Source: Fonticula alba ATCC 38817
Lineage: Eukaryota > Protista > Nucleariida
NCBI GenBank assembly: GCA_000388065.2
Contig: KB932201.1
Length of the DNA: 64,000 nucleotides
Direction: 5' to 3' (one strand)
Below are positions 1 through 12,507 of this stretch, piece after piece (within the stretch, counting starts at the first letter, position 1; every line of letters begins with the position of its first letter). The notes under the pieces were generated by a model. The model was not told the origin of the DNA. It worked only from the letters and a program-made list of their open reading frames with translations, and did not search any database. The position numbers and the translations under genes were made by a program.

Positions 1-67
1 AGCATACGTTAGGTCCGGACCCCGGGCCGTGGGATTTGGGCCCACCAATGACCAGACCGTGGCGTAC

Positions 68-1444
68 CAGCTTGTTGGCGAGGAGCTTCAGCAGCAGTTG
101 CTCTTGCTCGGGCTTGAGATTGAGCAGCTCATAGTTGAAGGTGACCATGCGCGAGCGGGTGGTTGCCTGGTTGTGGTGCGACAGCTGCTCGATGCCAGCC
201 AGGAAGGAAAGGTACTCCTTCTTGAGCAGGTCCTCAAAGTGCCACAGCAGAACCACCAGGTCCGGGGTGGATTGGAAGATGCGACGCTGCTCGAAGAAGC
301 TATTTTTTTGGCAAGAGGCAAGTTAGAGGAATAGGCCGATAGGGGGCAAAAGAAAAAACAAAGGAAAGCATAAGGCAACGCACACGAGCTTGCGCTCCGG
401 CAGCAGGGTGTCAATGAAGAGTTCCTTCAGAGCGGCGCAGGCGGCCATGGCTGAGCAGGAGGAGGGGAGGAGAGACAGGGTCAGATAGGGGGCAACTCGA
501 GTACATGTAGATGAGGGGGGAAAGAGGGAGGGAGGGAGGGAGGGAGGGAGAGAGAGAGAGAGCCAGACACCAGGTGGGCGACGTACCCTCGCGGGTGGTC
601 ATCTTTCGGGACATCGCCACCAGTTGGCGCAGGTAGCGCAGCTGCATGATCGGCGACTCCTGCACCAGGACAACCAGAGCCGAAATCTGCGGGATGAGGG
701 CAAGCGGGCAGTTAGCTTGGGCAGCCAGGTGCGGATGTGTGGGCGCGCGAGCATTTGCGTACCTTATCGGCACTGGTACCAGACTGGAGAACGGTGGAAA
801 TCCAGTTCTGATCCGAGACACCCAGGAGGCGGTCTGAGAGGTGACTGTTAGTGTGCAGTCGCGGCGCAAGGGCCCACCCATCGGGGATGAGTCACGGGGG
901 GAGATCCATCACCGGGAGGAGGGGGGTGCATTTTGTCCGGGCGGCACGCACTGTCCTGGAAGGCGAGGGTCTGGTCATTGAGAAGCTTCTCCGCACGGGC
1001 CAGGGAGTGCTCGGGGCTCATGCATGCCGAGGAGACGGGGGCCTGGTAGTCGGCCTCCGCCTCGGCCAGGGCCATGTGCCAGGGGATGTCCATTGGAACG
1101 AACTGGCCGATGTTTGGGAGGGCGTGCATACGTGTGAGTGTCCGTCGACCAAAGGGGTTGGACGGGAAGCAGAGAGGGGGACACAAAAAAGCCCCGCCCT
1201 GCATGTGCAAAGGTGGCCGAGGGGCAGCACGTACGAACTTGATCTTGCGCGAGGCGCGAGACTGGTTGTCGTCACCGAACGCCGACTGCTGGCGGTTGCC
1301 ATGGCGGCCGCCCTTGCGGAAGGCCGGCTTGTCGTCGGACTTCTTGATGAGGGTGTGCTCCTTGCGGGGGGCCTTATGGCCGGGCTTCTTGTTGCCGAAG
1401 CCGCCGGCGACCGGGCGGCCGGTGCGCTGACCGGGGGGAGGCAT
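68..1444 (-). CDS. CEBPZ: Ribosome biogenesis protein NOC1/MAK21/CEBPZ, 5' part; gene continues past position 1
   Basis: Frame-consistent exons 1444-1235, 1102-952, 833-763, 686-587, 450-384, 299-68. They translate to NWISTVLQSGTSADK-ISALVVLVQESP, ALKELFIDTLLPERKL and LLNLKPEQEQLLLKLLANKL, the conserved N-terminal CBF/Mak21 motifs. Confidence 0.9.
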
Positions 1445-1649
1445 GCCAGGCAATCAGGTTACTCTGGGATGAAGGGAGGAGGGGAAGAGAGAGGGAGCGA
1501 GAGAGGGTGAGGGGGAGGCTGACAGGGGGGGAGCGGGGCGTCTCTGGATTCTTCCCTGAGGGAGGCGACGAGCCAGCATGTGGCCTTTCATAGATCTGGC
1601 CTGCCTGTATGTGTGTGTGTGTGTGTGTGTGGCAGGGCCAGGGGGGGGG

Positions 1650-1814
1650 NNNNNNNNNNNNNNNNNNNNNNNNNNNNNNNNNNNNNNNNNNNNNNNNNNN
1701 NNNNNNNNNNNNNNNNNNNNNNNNNNNNNNNNNNNNNNNNNNNNNNNNNNNNNNNNNNNNNNNNNNNNNNNNNNNNNNNNNNNNNNNNNNNNNNNNNNNN
1801 NNNNNNNNNNNNNN
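1650..1814. other. Assembly gap (N-run); other gaps at 2809-2818, 16740-16805, 25352-25501, 29276-29285, 37740-37749 and 41910-41959
   Basis: N characters. Several gaps are flanked by poly-G/poly-C or microsatellite, consistent with sequencing dropout at low-complexity DNA. Confidence 0.99.
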
Positions 1815-2482
1815 GGGGGGGGGGGGGAGAAGATCCGCGCACACACGCGCGCATCGCCCCCTTCCACAGCAGGCCAGCGTGGTCGGGAAACAGGGCAAGA
1901 GGCTGGCGGGCGCTCCGCCTCGTGGAGCATTCGAATCACATGACGAGGTGCTCCAGCATCTGGACTATTGGCGCAGCGGGGCTGGTGGTAGCCGAGTCCA
2001 AGGAGCAGGTCCAGATCCTCAATCTAGATCTTTATCGTCTCTCCAGCACCAGGGCCCCGGGGTGGGCCTCCGGCGCCCCCTGGTCCGCCACGCCATCCGG
2101 ATCGGCATGCGCGCCCCGCATCTTGGGCGGGGCGGTGGGCATGTCGCCCCCCGGGTTTCGTCGCCCGGGTTTTCCAATGGTCCTCACTTTGGTCTCCCCC
2201 CGGGGTGGTGGTGGCGGCGGCGGTGGAGGGGAGTCGTTTCCTTTTCTGCGGCCCCTGTGTGACCCAGTCCCCGGGAGCGAGACACATTATCCCCCCCCCC
2301 CCCCCCCCCCCCCGGCCCCCTCCCCCCCCCGCGCCTCTCACCCCCCCTGTGCCATCTCATCCCCTGTGCTTCCCTTTGCCTCCCCCTTCACCCTCCTCTC
2401 GCCTCTCCGTTGTCCTCCCTCTCTATCTTTCTCCCCCCCCCCTCTCTTTCTCTCTCTCTCCAGCCTCCCTCTGTGAAGAGTC

Positions 2483-4942
2483 ATGTCCAAGCCTCCGGCC
2501 CCGCCGCATGGGCACCATCCCGCCGGCCCGTACCCCACTCATGCTGGGGCATCTGCCCCAGGTAATTACTATGGTGGCTATGGCGCCGGAGCCGGCTACC
2601 CCAGCTATCCCTCTTATGGCCACCCGCCCGGGGCCTATCATCACTCTCCCCAGTACCCCTCCTACCCGCACCCATATTATGGCGGCTATTCCGCTCCGTC
2701 GTCAGCTTCCGGCGCCTGGCCCGCCTATCAGACGTGCGTCTTTGACCTGGATATCGTCCACCCCTCCTGATGCCCATCGGAGGCCTCGGCCCCCTCCCCC
2801 CCTCCCCCNNNNNNNNNNCCCCTCGCCCTTACTCATCAAACCTCTGCTTTCGAAACTGTCTGCCATGCAGGCCGTACTACGGTGTCCCCGGACGCGGCAT
2901 GGTCGATCCCAGCGCGTCTGCCGCGGCCGCGGCTGCCTACAACAGCCAAAGTGAGCGCCTTTACCAGCCTCCGCCGCCAGCGAGCCCGGCGTCATCTCGC
3001 GGTGCTCCGTCCTCTTCTGCCGCCTCTTCCTCTTCCTATTCCTCTGCCACTCCGGCCAGCTCCGGCGTCGCCCCTTATGTTCCCTTTTCCCCCTCCGCCC
3101 CGGTCACCACCACTTCATCGCATGGCACTGCCCAGGGGAAGGCCAAGAAGGCCGCCACCCCGGCCGCCGGCAAGGCTGCCACCAAGGCCAAGCGCCAGGC
3201 CCCCGGGGCCGGTTCATCGCCTCCCTCGGTGGCGGCGGTCGCCGCTACGGCCACCGTTCCTCGCACTGGCAGCACTCCGGCCTCCTCTTCGGCGGTCACA
3301 TCGGTGAGCCTCTCCTCCGGCAGTGGCGGTGGTCCGACTCAGTCCCGCACATCCTCCTCCTCCTCCTCCTCCTCGCGGGGTAGTTCGCTCTTCAGCGGGC
3401 GCGCGGGGTACGCTGCGCCGAGTGCGGTTCGTGCGTCGGCCCACGACCCGTATGCCAACACGCGGAAGTCCAGCTCCACCGTGTATCCCTCGGTTCCTTC
3501 GTCGTCCCCGGCTGCCGGTGCCCGGGGTGGCACTTCCTCGCGGGGCAGCTCCTCGCGGGGCGGCTCCTCTCGAGGCCTTTCCCCTGACCCGCCGTCCCAG
3601 CCTGTCACGCTGCAGCCAGTTATCAAGGATATTTCCACCGTACGTGGGCTCGCGCCTGTTTCTGCGTCTTCCCCCCTTGCTCCCTGGCCGGCTGGCACTC
3701 ATGCATGCATCCTTGTCAATCGCTGCTGCTGCTGCTGCTCCTTCAGAACGATTCATCTGCCCGCCAGGCGCGCGCGCGGCGCTTCGAGCGCCAGGACGAT
3801 GGTCCACGCTCGTCCTCCTCGGCCTCAAGTGACCTGTTCACCTCCTCGGTGCCCCAAGTCCCGGTTGTTGGCACCTGCACCCAAATTGAAAAGAGCTTCT
3901 TCCGCCTGACCAGCGTGCGTATTCCCTCTGCCTTCTCTCCGCGCCCCCTCTTTACTACAAAGCCAGGCCGGTTTGTCCAATTGACCGACATTTCCCCTCT
4001 CTCCTGCCCTTTTCTCTTGCCCATCTGCAGGCCCCCAATCCCAGCAATGTCCGCCCCCTGCACATCCTCCGAAAGACTTTCGATTTTCTGCGGCAACGCT
4101 GGCAGGAGAAGCCGGACTACGCGTACATTTGCGACCAGTTCCAGAGCATGCGCCAGGACTTGATTGTCCAGCGCATTCGCAACGAATTCACGGTGGCCGT
4201 ATACGAGGCTCATGCGCGCATTGCCCTGGAGTCCGAAGATTTGGAGGCCTTCAACCAATGTCAGACCCAGCTTCGAGACCTGTACCTGGAGGGGATCCCC
4301 GGTGCGCGGGAGGAGTTCCTCGCCTATCGGATTCTGTATTTTGTCTTCGCCAATGCCACTTTTGATCAGACCCTGCTGTTGGCAGCTGGGGCCAGTGGCA
4401 TTCTCGGTGACGGGGATATCGGGCCCGCAGATGCCGGCGCCGGTGATGCCAGCCCGTCGGCCGATGCCCCGCTCGGTCTGAGCCTGGCATTGCGCGAGAC
4501 GTCGCTGCCCATCACTCACGCGCTGGCCGTGCAGAAGGCCGTCCTGTCGCATGACCATGCCGGCCTGTTCCGGCTGTACCAGCGCGTCCCGAATAAGGGG
4601 CGCTTTTTGATGGACAGCTTTGTCCGACGCCAGCGTCTGGTGGCCCTTCGTGCACTTTGCCGTTCGCATCGGCCCAACCTCGCGCTGGGTCTGGTGTCCA
4701 CGGTCCTCGGCTTCGAAGGGCCGGCCGAGTGTGTGGCCTTCCTGACGCGTGACCTGCGCCTGGATGTCTTCCGGACCGGGACCGCTGCAGCCCTGTCGGA
4801 AGCCGACCTGGCTGGCCTTGACACATCCTCATCCCTGGAGGGGTTGCATCTTAACCCGCGGGAGGCCCTGCAGCCGGTGGCTACTGCGGTGGCCGGTGCC
4901 TTTGCCCGGGTGTCAGTCAACAAGCAACTCGCGTCCTCTTGA
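2483..4942 (+). CDS. LENG8: SAC3/GANP-family protein LENG8/Thp3 (~699 aa)
   Basis: Exons 2483-2733, 2871-3639, 3747-3914, 4031-4942 join in frame. Motifs GTCTQIEKSFFRLTS-APNPSNVRP, YICDQFQSMRQDLIVQRIRNEFTVAVYEAHARIALE and FNQCQTQL are diagnostic of the LENG8/Thp3 Sac3 domain. Confidence 0.92.
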
Positions 4943-7041
4943 GGCCGCGATGCGCTTTCCCCGATGGGGGGGGGGGGAGACCTTTCGGGGAAGATCCTTC
5001 TGTCCGATTTCTCCCCCCCCCCCCCCCGTCCTCTTCCTCCCCATCTCCCTTTCCTGTCCTTGTGTTGATCTCCCCCCTCCCCTCTCCCCCCTCCTTCTCT
5101 TCGCCCGCCCCTCCGCTTCTTGTCACCCCTCGCCTCTCTCATTTTATCCCTCTCTCCCTCCTTCCCTCTCCCTTTCCCCCGCTCTGGTCGTGGTTTCTTT
5201 TGCTCCTCCTCCTCCTCCTCCTCCTCCTCCTCCTCCTCCAGCTTCACCAACTCCAATTCGACATCTCCGCACCCAGGTGCCCCTTCTTCCTCGTGGAATC
5301 GGGCGATCCTTCCCCCTTCGACTGTTGCGATGTCTGGCTTTCCGCTCGACTCAGTGACGTTTACTCACGCAGGAGTGTTTCACATTGAGAGTGTCATTTC
5401 GTCCGGACATAATATCGTCTCATCCTCCCTCATTCCCCCCACTCTCCCGCTCCCGCCTCCAGCAACCAGCCGAAGTACTTCCTCCCCTCTTCCCCTCCCT
5501 CTGCCCTTGATTCGTCTGAGCCCGGTCCATTCTTCCCCAGGGCGCATGCCGGGAGGAGGGAATAAGGGGGGGAGGGGGGCTGCTGCCCTTTCAGCTGCCA
5601 GTGTTTGTAGAGTTGCTCACGATTGTGCAAAGCACAGGGAGCTTCGTCTCCCCGACAAGATCGCTCGCACTCCCCCCCCCTCTCTCTTTCTCTCTCTCTC
5701 CTCTCTCCCCCATCCCCCCTTCCCTCCCGAAACGTCCTCTTCCGATTCTTTCCATCCCTCCTGGATATCCTGCCCGCTTGCACTGTCGGTCCCTCTCCTG
5801 GTGCACACGTTGGCGGTGTACATATGGGCGGTGTTCAACGCATGGGCACGCACACATGGGCACGCACACGCACGCATACATATGCATGCGACACGGGCTC
5901 ATGGGTCACTCCCCGAAAGGGTGGTCCTGGAAGGGGAGAAACACGCATTCGAACTTGGGAGGGGAAGCACAATGTCCGGAAGTCCGCCGCGAAGATGAGC
6001 AGAACTGAATGTTCATCCCTCTCCGTCTCGTCCTATCCCTCGCGGTTTTTCATGTCATCTGTAAATATGGCATGCTGCGTGCCTGCCTCTCACTCGGGGC
6101 CATTGCTGGGACTGCCGTTCTGTTGTATTTCATTACCCCCATGATCTGTGGTGCATAGGGCCGCCCTATGCCGGTCTACATACGTCGGAAGGCTTGCGCA
6201 CCCTGGTGCATGTGGGCCAGGGGCGCGGGGGGACCATGCCTCGCCTCTCTGAAGCGGCCAATCTCTCCCCGATGTGTGCTGGGAACCCGCCCCGTGTACA
6301 TTCCACCTACAATAGAGCCTTTTACCTAATTCGTGTGTCGCATTTAAAAAGGCGCCTTGAATGTGGTCTCCCGGGAAGTGGGGCCCGGGCGCAACAGGGC
6401 ACGCTCATGCTGCCGAGGATCCGCCAGGGTGTGTCGTCCGGGGGCGCGTAGGTGTGCTGGGGGGTGGGTGGCGGGGGGCGACCCCACACCATCGCCTGGG
6501 TTTTGCCGCACGTCTGAGGCGCATCTCCGGTGGTCTGTTGTTGGACGGGCGCCCGGAAAAGTAAACAATGGGGCCCCAGTTGTAGGAGCGGTCACCAGGG
6601 CACCCCACGGCTGGGGCCGCCCCGCTGCGTGGGCAACTCACCGGCCGGGGGGGGGGGGGGGGGGGAGGCATGGGCCCATGCCGCTGTTCCTCCGCCCGCC
6701 CCTCTGCCCCGAGCGAAATCCTCTCAACGCGTCATGCCATTCTGGCGACAACCGCCACCGCAGTTTCGTTGCCCTCCCCGCTTCGGGCCTATCGCCAAGA
6801 GGAGGATCCCTGCCTTCGGCCCGCCCTAGCCCCGGGGCTATCGCTCCCTCCCCCCCTCGCTCGCTCGCTCGCTCGCTCGCTCCCGCTCCCTCATCCGGCC
6901 CGGCACTGCCGGATCCCCGCCCCCTCTCCTTTCGCTCTCCACTTCGCCCTGAGGCCGGCACTGGCGTGCGATCGCCCCTCCCCTCCTCCTTCCCTCCCTC
7001 GTGCCTGCCCGTCTGTCCCGCTTTGCGCCGCTCTCGCTGCC

Positions 7042-8346
7042 ATGTTTTCTTCGTGGTTCTCGACGCCGAAGTTCGCCCATTCCATGGTCGATGTGACCCT
7101 CGCCTACCGAGATCTCACCATCATCGATCCGCTGGAGTTCGCCGAGGTTTGCGGGGCGGTGGTTCCCTCGTCGGTCAACTGGTTGGATCTTTCGCACAAC
7201 AAGCTCGAGGTAGGGGCCCACGCATGTGCTGCTCTCCTGCTTCCGCCCTCCACTGCCGATCCCCTCCTCCCATAGCCTCTCACCGTCGCTCCCTGTCTTG
7301 TCCACCAAACGCCCACATAGGATCTCTCTTCCATCAGTCAGCTGGATTGCGCGCTCAAGGTGCTGGTGGTCGATCATAACCAGTTGACCGGGCACATTGG
7401 CCTGTCGCCGGACAGCCCCGTGACTCAGTCCTTGCGAGTGCTCTGGCTGAATCACAATCAGTTCACCAACCTGGCATCCCTGGTGCAGTCTTTGCTGCTG
7501 GCCTGCCCGGAGCTGACCGAGCTCAGTCTCCTCGGCAATCCCGCCTGCCCAAACTGGATCAATGGTGGCTCGGTGGTCGAGTACACACACTACCGGTGCG
7601 CACTTGGTCTGCTTGGCCTGTCAACTTGTCCGCCCCCCCCGAGCCCCCCCCCCCCCCCCCCCCTCCCATTGGGGATGTCACTCACGCGATTGGTTCGGCT
7701 CCCTTGCCTGCTCGCGCCTCCGTCTGTCCTCCCCCTCTCCCGGTTTCTGGCCGGCCGCATATCCGAAGGAACTTCATTGTGGTCAACATGCCAGGGCTGC
7801 AGGTTCTGGACGGCGACCCCATCACTCCAGCTGAGCGCGACCGGGCAAGCGCCTCGGTGACGCCAACGCTCTCCTCCAGGCAGGTCCCCTCCTTCATCAC
7901 CAAGTCCTGTGTCGTTGGGTCCGGGCCAGCCCCGGGACCGGCGCCAACAACGGTCGACCCGATGCTCGAGTCGGACTCGACGGCTTCCGCGTGTGAAGAA
8001 GCCACCTCGACTTCCGCCAAGGAGGCCCTTTCAGATGATGACATTCCCTCCACGCCAAGTGAGGAAATGTGCCCCTTGTGCGGCAATCGGCTGGCCAAGG
8101 TGCGCCTCCCTCCCTCTTGGGCCCTGCTTTTCGCTCTCATTTTCTGGCTCCTCCCTGCGCCGACCCAGCTGACACCCGATATCCCCCTCGTTGCTCGAAC
8201 AGTCGCCAGTTGTTGGCTGCGCGAATGGCTGCAACCAAAACGATGGAGAAAGCATCATGATGCAGCCTTTCGAGGCGTCGATCGTTCTGCCGGCAGAGGA
8301 GCCCGCCGGGGATGAGAGTAGTGACTGGACTGACGATGAGGCGTAG
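7042..8346 (+). CDS. LRMDA: Leucine-rich repeat protein, LRMDA/C10orf11-like (~305 aa)
   Basis: Exons 7042-7209, 7321-7595, 7769-8099, 8203-8346. LRRs LDLSHNKLE, LVVDHNQL and LWLNHNQF, followed by LTELSLLGNPACPN...YR-NFIVVNMPGLQVLDGDPITPAER, which matches the LRMDA LRR-cap from memory. Confidence 0.8.
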
Positions 8347-8399
8347 CATGGGTGTCTCTTCGATGAGCGACCTTTCCTTTTGCCTCCTGCCTTCTCTCC

Positions 8400-8434
<35 letters not shown>

Positions 8435-8611
8435 TTCGCACACGCCCACGCTTCAGCCCCGCCCCTGCCTTGTCCTCCTCCTCCTCCTCTTGTCCATGTT
8501 GCCTGGCCCTGTGCCTGTGCGCAGAGAGCAGGATAGAAAAAGAAAAATATATTCACAAAAGAAAGCCATTATGCGTGCAAAGGCTGCCGGGTGTTTGCGA
8601 TCGGCGTGATT

Positions 8612-11600
8612 CTACGACGGATTGTACGCCTGTGAATGAGGACAAGTTAGTTGCCTGATGGCCGATGGTCCTACCTCCCCCCCCCCCCCACAATGCCCTC
8701 CTTCCTTGGCCAGCACGAATGCACACCCACCGCATGCACGCACCGGATCGAGATAATTGATGGAAGACGAGGAGGACGACGCTGATGGCGGTCGGCTTGG
8801 GGATGTTGGCGTGGGCTTGCTCGAAGGCTGGTGGCGTTTGCGCGGGCCAGCCCCGCGCCCGGTGCTGTTCGATGGGGCAGCGCGTTTGCCACTCACCCGG
8901 GCACCGCCATCGTCACCGCTACCGCCGGCACTTCCAGACCTGCGACCTCGCTTTGCCGGTTCCGTTGCTGGAGCGGCCGCAGGGGGACGATCCGAAGACA
9001 GGGAGGACGAGTCCAACTCGTATACAGTGTCCAGCTCTGGCTCCCGTATCCCCTCAAAGGCATGGGAAAAGTCATGGTATTCTTTCAACAAGTGGGCGCC
9101 AGGAGTGAGAAGGGGGGACAGGAACCGAGGGCACATGGAGAAGCCCGGTCGAGAGGGCAGGAGGCACGCCATCTTCCCACCTGCGCAGGGGATAGAAAAG
9201 GAGAGGGGGAGAGGGAGAAATGGAACACGAGGGAACGAACCATTTTCAAATCCCGCACGGAAGCACTTGTCACACAAATCGACAGACAGATCTTGGGGGC
9301 ACGTCTGGCACGCCCACCGTATGCCAGCAATGGGTTCCATGTTACACGAGTCGCACTACCACCGAGAGGAGGAATACCCAGATGCACAGGGAGGGAGGAG
9401 TCAGAAAGAAGGAAGAGGAGACGTGCGTGTGTGTGTGTGGGGGGGGGGGGGTAAGGAGCAAGGAAAAGAAAGGCGGCCGAGGAAGGGACGCACCCGAAAG
9501 CCCAAATGCAGCGGCAGCTCAGCGGTGCGACCTGATCGTGTTGAGGATGACTATCGGAAGTGGTCAGTCAAAGTCAAGAGAGGGCTTTGGTCCGCGAGAA
9601 AAAGCCAAAGAAGCAATCCCCCAAATGCCGGACACACTGAAGTGGAAATTGTTGTGAAGGCTCGGCTGACCGAGCGTTTGGTGGTTTCGACCGGGGCCGG
9701 GGGCGGAGACTTTGCTCGGGCAGCGGGTCCCTTTGGTTGCCGGGCTGGGGTTCGCCGGGTGGGAGTCGGGGGGGCCGAGTCAGCCGGCATCTTGGGAGGC
9801 TCCTCCGAAAAGAGGTCCTCAGCGTCGGACTCGTCATCTTCCGAGGACCAAGATGACTCGCTGTGTGCGCAAAATGTCAATACTCAAGGTGTAGGCTCCG
9901 GAAACCCGAATGGGAGAGAGAGAGAGAGGGAGAGGAGCGACAAGTGTATGCCGTACCTCGAGCTGCCTTTCGATTGGGAGCGACTTTGGCGCCGCTGCTT
10001 TTCCAGGATATTCCGGGCACGGGTGTTCTTCTTTGGCAGATATTTCTGACGGTTGATGAAAGGAAGAACAGGCAAGAGAGACCGAGAGAAACCGGCATGT
10101 TAGAGCAGGAGGAGGGGCAAATGACGCTCAAGCGGCAGGCGAAAATCCCCGGTCCACAGGGCGAGAAAGAGGGCCGGGCCAAGCAGCGACACGCACATCG
10201 AAGCGGAAGTTCATTCGTCCAGGGACCGGAAGCCCACGCCGAGCCAGCGAGATGAAGTACTTTTGGCATCGGCTGGCGATCTGCATCGGATTGCGGAAGC
10301 ACCCGGTCGAAAGGGAAATCTTCTTGAAGCGCGTGGCCTGGATTTCCTCTTCCGGGAAGATGGTGAGCAGGCGATCGAGGATCATCTGCACAGGGGACAG
10401 TGTCAGCATGCGAAGGGGCGCGGTCGGGCAGGCATTCCGAAGGGGTGGAAGGGGAGTGTGGGCGGGGAAAGGGGGGGGGGGAGGTCCCAGCGAGGGGAGA
10501 AACACATGCACACCTGCTCCTCATCCGACCAGGCAGCCTTGTAGGAATCATTCCGCAAGAAGGGCGAGTTGTTGACCTTCTTTCGCTCTTTGCGCTGGAA
10601 AAACAGCGAAATGTACTTGTTGATGACCTTGCTGCCGGGAAGGCTGCACACAACGGCCGCCGAGGCGTCGATATACTCGAAGAGCTCGGCGATCGGCAAT
10701 GGCGGACGTTGGTTGATCATCTGGTAGGCATTGACGATGTGTTGGATGCCGGGGTAATTTTCGGGCGTCAGCTTGGCCAGGGCCATGAGCATGGCCGAGC
10801 TGGTGGCATTTTGCAGGGACTGGTGAGGCTTCGGCAGCAATTCGGCCACCGATCCGGCCGACTGCTGGACCACAAGGGACGCCTCGCGTTGGAAGTCCGC
10901 CACAGCCGCATGTTGCGACAAATCCCCCAACGGCGAAGCAGCCCATCCAGGGTGGGGGGCGAAAGACGGGCTCGGGACACCGGGTGCGGGGGAACCGGTG
11001 GGGCCGGGTTTCTCAGGCTCGGCCGAGGGGGCCCGCTGTGGCTGCATCGCGGCCGGCTCGAGGGGGATGGTCACTGGGGGTGGGCTTGAGACGGCCAGCG
11101 GGGCGAAATGGGCGGCTGGCAGGGGGCCAGGCGGGATGAGGGCCGGTAGGGGGACCGATGCCGTTGCGACGGGCGGGAAAAGATGCGCATCGCGGCCGCT
11201 CTCCCGCGAGATCCAAGTATGCTCGGGTGGAGGAGCCAGGCTCTGAAGCAGGGCCACATGCCGATCGGCCAGGTCAGCCCCGGCGACCGGTGCATCGCGC
11301 TGCGCATAGCGTGTCATGGTTTCGACCGTGTCCAAGTCTTGGATGAGGCTGATCGATTGTGCCGGGCAAGGGAGGCCGGGGGCCGAGAGGGGAGGGGGCG
11401 TGGGTGTTAGCAGCGAGGGGACCCCCCTCCGGAGGCAGGGGACAAGCAAGCCGAGATGCCACAGGAGGACGCACGATGGTGCAAAGAGCGAATTGGCCAG
11501 TTGCGTTGGACTATGCGGGGCCTCGTGCACTTCCTGGCCAAGGGCATCCATGGCCGTCAGTTGGGCTTTGGTGGGGCGCAGAGCTGGGTCGGTGATGCGG

Positions 11601-12080
11601 GACCAGTCGACGCGTGGGACAGGAGCGATGCGTTGTAGGCTCGGGGTCGGTCGTGCCCGGCCCTCGAGCAGCGAGCCAATGAATGCCCGGGGATCGGCCA
11701 AGGCCAGGCGTTCCTGCTCGGCCAACAGAAGCTCGTCCCTCCGGGCGCGCTCGCTCTGCTCGGTCAAGAGGCTGAGGCTGAGACACACTTCGTAGAAGCT
11801 TGATCAACACGAGGGGTTAGATTGGGCGCGTGTGAGCCGGAGGATATATCCCCCCCCCCCCCCACCCCAGACGGGGAGGTCCCAGGGACCGGGCAGCAAC
11901 AGTGATGGCCGCAACAACCGGGGACGGGGAAAGACACACGTACTCGGGATCTGCCAGGAGGACCTTCCGTGCATCCAAAGAGAGATGTAATGGCCAGGGG
12001 ACCAGCGTGCCAGGAATCAACTTCCCCCGGACGGCAGCCGTGGTCGGGAGTGACCAGGCAAGGCCGGGCGGATTAGCCAT
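8612..12080 (-). CDS. ZZZ3: ZZ-type zinc finger + SANT protein, ZZZ3/ATAC1-like
   Basis: About 10 exons. Motifs: LALADPRAFIGSLLEG...PVPRVDW; SANT WSDEEQ-MILDRLLTIFPEEEIQATRFKKIS...QIASRCQKYFISLARRGLPVPGR; ZZ finger [24 protein letters not shown]...DLCDKC; C-terminal YLDP-AYNPS*. Start codon uncertain. Confidence 0.88.
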
Positions 12081-12507
12081 CGTGGCCGGACAATTTTATG
12101 GGCTGGCTGCAGGACCAGCTAAAGTGGCAGGGGAGAAGGGTGACACAAAGAGGAGACACGACCGGGGAGGGAGGGGAGGCGGAAGGAGGGGCAGGGAGGG
12201 GCTGTTGGAGGGGTCACTGGATATTGAGGAGATCCCTCCCGACCAGTTCCCAGAGTCCGAAAAATGGCCACCATGCGCGGCACCGACCAAAAACACACAC
12301 ATGCAGAGATAAAGCGATCGGAAAATCTTGTTCTATATTTGAGTTCATCCCCCCCCCCCCCCCCGTTCTCGCCCGTATTTTTCGGGGCCAGGCCGCAGCA
12401 GCGGGGGGGCGGCGGGAGAATATGGCGGGCAAGGGCGGCATGGGAAAAAAAAAAGGCCGAGGGGAGCCGGACGCGCGGCGATCTATATAATGGGGAGGTC
12501 ACGTGCA

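Noticed and set aside
1960-2000. TGGCGCAGCGG A-box-like sequence, suggesting a tRNA
   Set aside because: No complementary D-stem and no B-box downstream.
6317-6325. GCCTTTTAC, identical to the U5 snRNA loop I
   Set aside because: The flanking stem is poor (3 bp plus a bulge) and there is no downstream Sm site; most likely a chance 9-mer.
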